DNA of 39,617 nucleotides, taken from IMG/VR virus record IMGVR_UViG_3300048848_000258, positions 1 to 39,617 of that record, one strand, 5' to 3'. Every line of letters starts with the position of its first letter. Positions within the stretch are counted from its first letter, which is position 1. The notes beneath the pieces are model-generated. The model made no database searches. It was given only the letters and a program-made list of their open reading frames with translations, and was not told the origin of the DNA. Position numbers and translations under genes: made by a program. The DNA is from a virus. Its lineage: Duplodnaviria > Caudoviricetes. Below are positions 35,819-39,617 of the stretch, piece by piece.

Positions 35819-36584
35819 TCCCCGTATTGTCTGCCGCTTCTCCTGCGGCGCTGCGTCAGCCGTCGCAACGAAACTCGCTCTGCGGAAGTATGACCCAGAT
35901 CGGGTTGCGATCACCTACAGCAACCCGGGCAGCGAGCATCCTGACAACGTCCGTTTTCTGGCAGACTGCCAGCGCTGGTTTAACCACGAGATTATCGTCC
36001 TAAAATCGGATGAGTACGCCGACACATGGCAGGTTTGGGACCAGTCGAACTTCATCGTTTCTCGCCACGGCGCAGCCTGCACGGGCCTGATGAAGCGCGA
36101 GCCGACTTATGCGTTCTCCCGCCCAGATGATGTTCTGGTCTTCGGGTACACGACAGAAGAGCGAGGTCGCGCCGAGCAGTTCAGAAAGCAGAACTTTGAG
36201 GTGGCATTCGAGACGCCGCTTATTGATGCCGGGCTGACCAAGGTAGATTGCCTTGCCATGATTGAGCGAGCGGGCATTGAGTTACCGGCGATGTACCGCC
36301 TCGGCTACCACAACAATAACTGCATCGGGTGCCCCAAGGGCGGGATGGGCTACTGGAACAAGATCCGCGTGGATTTTCCCGAAGTCTTTGAGCGGATGTC
36401 CATCTTGCAGCGCCGCCTTGGAAAAGGCTCCGGTTTTTGGCGCGAGCGAGACACCGGAGAGCGGATCACACTTGATGAACTTGCTCCGGATCGCGGCAAC
36501 CACAACTCTGAACCGAACGTCGAATGCTCGCTGATGTGCCATTTGGCAGAGCTGGGTGCTGAAGACGATAGCGAGGCAGCATGA
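35811..36584 (+). CDS. PAPS-reductase-like / adenine nucleotide alpha-hydrolase (PP-loop) protein
   Basis: FSCGAASAVA PP-loop variant, EHPDNVRFL, ACTGLMK, HNNNCIGCPKGG Cys cluster. Confidence 0.78.
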   Translation: MSDPRIVCRFSCGAASAVATKLALRKYDPDRVAITYSNPGSEHPDNVRFLADCQRWFNHEIIVLKSDEYADTWQVWDQSNFIVSRHGAACTGLMKREPTYAFSRPDDVLVFGYTTEERGRAEQFRKQNFEVAFETPLIDAGLTKVDCLAMIERAGIELPAMYRLGYHNNNCIGCPKGGMGYWNKIRVDFPEVFERMSILQRRLGKGSGFWRERDTGERITLDELAPDRGNHNSEPNVECSLMCHLAELGAEDDSEAA

Positions 36585-37486
36585 CCAATACCGAAAGCCG
36601 ATCGCATTGGATTAGGACGCACACGCGAGAAGAAATCGCGAGCATGATCTCTGTCGCGAACATCCGAGAACATATGGATCACGGTGACCTCACCGGATGG
36701 TGCGAGAGGATACGGGGCTTCATTCGTAATTGCGAAAACCCATCGCCCCAACCGAAAAGCATACTGCCTTGGGTCGAGGGAACGTATGTCTCGACAGACG
36801 ACGATAATGGCCCGATGGAGGGCATACCGGTCAATCTGAAGGCATCGCGGGCCGGCACCTATACGATCATTAGGCAGCGGCGCGAAGACGGGCTTTTCTT
36901 GTTGAGGGGTAGGCTGACCTTTGGGACATCCGTATTTGCGCGACTTGAAGATGCTCAGGCCGCAGCGCAAGCCGACTACGACAGCACCCTTCCACCCCAA
37001 GAACATGGGCCGGGGTTTCAAAACCGCGTTGCAGCGGCACACCATGCGCTCTTCCACGACGATCCGACAGACGTTGCAGAGCGTGTCGCCCGGTTCTTTG
37101 AGGAAGCTGCCGAGACCTGCCAAGCACTTGGCATGACTCACTACGACGCTGATAAGCTGCTGAGCTACACTTTCGGCCGCCCGGTTGGTGATCCTGCGAA
37201 GGAGATCGGCGCGGCCAAGCTCACTCTCGCATCGCTCTGCGTTGTGGCTGGCTATGACATGGATGCATGCGGTGAGGCCGACTTGGAGAAGCTCCAGCGT
37301 CCCGAGACCATCGCTCGTATCCGCGCCAAACGCTCGACGCGCCACGGTCGCGGGCCGCTGCCAGGGATCGATCCGGCTGCTTCAAGCATGCTGCAAAGCG
37401 CCGAAACCATTCGCCAGATCAACGACCGCGAACCTGTCGATGAATGGGTCTCGCGCGCCGCCACGGAGGGCTCTGCCGATGTCTGA
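36581..37486 (+). CDS. Hypothetical protein with C-terminal MazG-like NTP pyrophosphohydrolase domain
   Basis: RFFEEAAE and PVGDPAKEIG acidic helical motifs; ATGA coupling. Confidence 0.6.
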   Translation: MTNTESRSHWIRTHTREEIASMISVANIREHMDHGDLTGWCERIRGFIRNCENPSPQPKSILPWVEGTYVSTDDDNGPMEGIPVNLKASRAGTYTIIRQRREDGLFLLRGRLTFGTSVFARLEDAQAAAQADYDSTLPPQEHGPGFQNRVAAAHHALFHDDPTDVAERVARFFEEAAETCQALGMTHYDADKLLSYTFGRPVGDPAKEIGAAKLTLASLCVVAGYDMDACGEADLEKLQRPETIARIRAKRSTRHGRGPLPGIDPAASSMLQSAETIRQINDREPVDEWVSRAATEGSADV

Positions 37487-37988
37487 TCTGCTTATGACAC
37501 GTCGCGTCGTCTTCTCAGAATGTGGGCTTTATCGATATCTGCTTGAGCATGATTTTGGCGGCAATGGACCTGTCATTTCGCTCGGCATGGTCAACCCTTC
37601 ATTAGCCGATGGAAAGAAGAATGACCCGACCATGACAAAGGTCGATGGCTTTGCCATGCGCATGGGCGCAAGCAAGGTCAGGGTCTGGAACCCCTTCGCG
37701 CTCATCGCCAAGGATGTGCGAGATCTGCGTGACGCCGCCGATCCTATTGGGCCGGAGAACGACACCCATATCGCTCATGCAGTTCGTGACGCTGATATTC
37801 ACATCGTTGCCTGGGGCCCTCTATCGAAGCTTCCCCGCCCACTACGCTCGCGCTGGAAAGATGTCGTGACAGTTCTGATCGAGGCGGGGGGCAAGCCGAT
37901 GTGCTGGGGAACTGCGCTTGATGGCCATCCACGTCATCCTCTCATGCTTGCCTACGCAACGCCGCTCGTTCCGTGGAGCGCACCATGA
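37479..37988 (+). CDS. DUF1643 family protein
   Basis: SECGLYRYLL, NPSLAD...DPT, IVAWG and GHPRHPL motifs; GGAGG RBS before ATG 37479. Confidence 0.85.
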   Translation: MSDLLMTRRVVFSECGLYRYLLEHDFGGNGPVISLGMVNPSLADGKKNDPTMTKVDGFAMRMGASKVRVWNPFALIAKDVRDLRDAADPIGPENDTHIAHAVRDADIHIVAWGPLSKLPRPLRSRWKDVVTVLIEAGGKPMCWGTALDGHPRHPLMLAYATPLVPWSAP

Positions 37989-38242
37989 CCGACACCAAGA
38001 CCCCTTCATCCCAACCGAATGAGCTTGACGACAACATCTGCCCGATCTGTGCCGAGCGGTTCAAAGCAGACGATACATGCGCGATGGACATCGAGATCGG
38101 CCCTGTTCATGCAGAGTGCTTGGACGGCTGCGATGTCGTCGATCTCGATACCGGCGAACCAACCGATGAGCCTTTGAGCACATTTCGCTACGGCGAGATT
38201 ATCGACTCGACGTCCCAAAAACTGTCGAAAGGAGGTCAGTAG
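37985..38242 (+). CDS. Small Cys/His-containing hypothetical protein
   Basis: CPIC...C...HAEC; ATGA coupling. Confidence 0.65.
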   Translation: MTDTKTPSSQPNELDDNICPICAERFKADDTCAMDIEIGPVHAECLDGCDVVDLDTGEPTDEPLSTFRYGEIIDSTSQKLSKGGQ

Positions 38243-38536
38243 ATGCCTTCTCCAGGACGATCTGTTCGCTCAGACATCCTTCCCATCTCTCTTCCTCCAC
38301 TTGGCATCAATCGAGAACAGGCCGCTGCGCTGATCGGTATCGGCGTGAGCCTTTTCGACAAGGCCGTAGAGGCGGGCACCATGCCAGCACCACGCATGAT
38401 TGGTGGCCGGCTGATCTACGATGTGCAGGAACTCATAGAAGCCTTCCGCCGACTCCCCCATACCCGCGAGACGCTGGATCTTGACGGAGACCGGCCAACG
38501 GGCAATGCTTTCGACAATGCCAAAAAAAGTCACTGA
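38243..38536 (+). CDS. xis: Excisionase / AlpA-like DNA-binding protein
   Basis: REQAAALIGIGVSLFDKAV..G.MPAP..IGGRLIYD winged HTH; AGGAGG RBS; directly upstream of the integrase. Confidence 0.8.
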   Translation: MPSPGRSVRSDILPISLPPLGINREQAAALIGIGVSLFDKAVEAGTMPAPRMIGGRLIYDVQELIEAFRRLPHTRETLDLDGDRPTGNAFDNAKKSH

Positions 38537-39617
38537 CAAGCTGCCTAAGGGCGTGAGCATGGATCGCGACTTCCGCACACGGGAGCCGCGATACTATTTC
38601 CGCGCTGCAGGGCAGAAGAAAATTCGATTGCGAGAAACCCCAGGCACGCCTCTCTTTGAAAACGAGGTTGCATGCGCTCGGCTTGGCGTACCGTATCTGC
38701 CAGACGGGCCGACGATACAGCCGCAACCTGTTGCCCCACGCGAAAAGCCCAAAGACAGCATCGATTATCTGGTCGAAGAGTACAAGCGCCGCACGTCGGG
38801 ACGCGTGAACGACATTCTGTGGGGACGACGTGCCCGTATGCTGGAAGAGATCTCTGGCTACCTATTTGGCACGACCCGTTGCGGTGCCCTGCCATACGCG
38901 GACATGAAGCGTCGACACGTTCTGGAGATGAGGGATGCCCTCCGGACGACACCAGGTGCCCAAAACGAGATCATCCGCGCCCTCTCAGCAATGTATTCGT
39001 GGGCAATCGAAAACGATATCGAGGGGGTGTCTACCAACCCCGCTGCGAAGATCCGGCTTCTCAGATCAGGTGATGGATTCCACACTTGGACCGTAGACGA
39101 GGTCAAGGCATTTGAGGCAAAGCACCCAGTTGGAAGCAAAGCCCTGCTACTGCTTCATCTCGGACTTTTCACAGGTCTGCGCCTTAAGGATCTTGCTGTC
39201 CTTGGTCGCCAGCACATCCGCAACGGCGCACTGACTTTCCGCCCTGGCAAGACCGAGAAGTCGAGCAACATAGTCGTGGAGATCCCTGTTCTGCCTACCC
39301 TTCAGGCGACCATCGACGCTTCGAAGACGGGGAACATGACGTTCATGGTGACCGAGTTCGATAAGCCTTTCAGCGTCAACGGCCTCGGAAACAGGATGCG
39401 CAAATGGTGCGATGAAGCTGGACTTCCTCACTGTACAACGCACGGCCTGCGCAAAGCCGGCGCCACGATCGCCGCCGAGAATGGCGCAACAGATGAAGAA
39501 TTGATGGCTATCTTCGGATGGACGACGAAGAACCAGACCACAACCTACACGAAGAAAGCTCGTCGAAAGCTGATCGCCGCAGGGGCCATTCACAAGCTCA
39601 TACCAGAACAAAAGTAG
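38517..39617 (+). CDS. int: Tyrosine recombinase (phage integrase)
   Basis: TGLR, KT, HGLRK, FGW and catalytic Tyr (TTYT) motifs; start uncertain. Confidence 0.95.
   Translation: MPKKVTDKLPKGVSMDRDFRTREPRYYFRAAGQKKIRLRETPGTPLFENEVACARLGVPYLPDGPTIQPQPVAPREKPKDSIDYLVEEYKRRTSGRVNDILWGRRARMLEEISGYLFGTTRCGALPYADMKRRHVLEMRDALRTTPGAQNEIIRALSAMYSWAIENDIEGVSTNPAAKIRLLRSGDGFHTWTVDEVKAFEAKHPVGSKALLLLHLGLFTGLRLKDLAVLGRQHIRNGALTFRPGKTEKSSNIVVEIPVLPTLQATIDASKTGNMTFMVTEFDKPFSVNGLGNRMRKWCDEAGLPHCTTHGLRKAGATIAAENGATDEELMAIFGWTTKNQTTTYTKKARRKLIAAGAIHKLIPEQK

Larger units (their letters stand above)
1..39617. mobile_element. Temperate siphovirus-like prophage (HK97-type head, lambda-like gene order), extends beyond the left edge
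   Basis: Contiguous tail, head, packaging, replication, immunity and integrase modules with many translationally coupled (ATGA/TGATG) gene overlaps; no host housekeeping context seen. Confidence 0.97.

Noticed and set aside
39560-39617. att site
   Set aside because: The window ends at the integrase stop codon; no flanking sequence is available to identify a core repeat

Overview
The whole window is a temperate long-tailed (siphovirus-type) prophage of an alphaproteobacterium, most likely Rhizobiaceae. The host is inferred from the GTTC-N7-GTTC LexA box, clustered GANTC sites and the gene families present. The minus strand carries a lambda-like run: cro, a CII-like regulator, two DNA methyltransferases, an HTH replication initiator with an iteron origin, a NusG-family antiterminator, HNH, terminase, an HK97-type head (portal, S49 protease, capsid), head-tail and tail genes (with a GGGAAAC -1 frameshift chaperone), a tape measure protein with an M15 peptidase domain and a 1691-aa repeat-rich tail tip protein. 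The plus strand carries cI and an early operon: two small membrane proteins, a DnaN beta-clamp homolog, HNH, a PAPS-reductase-like protein, a MazG-like protein, DUF1643, xis and a tyrosine integrase ending at the last base. No lysis genes or att sites were recognised; they probably lie outside the window. Two signals stand out. (1) A NusG paralog occupies the position of lambda Q and is followed by a putative promoter, a ~180-nt multi-hairpin leader and an intrinsic terminator in front of the late operon. (2) A LexA-boxed zinc-finger gene converges on and overlaps cI; its upstream region holds three tandem GANTC sites in a palindrome, and the overlap gives both proteins an Ala-Ala-Ala C-terminus. 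All calls come from motif reading by eye; no database searches were run.
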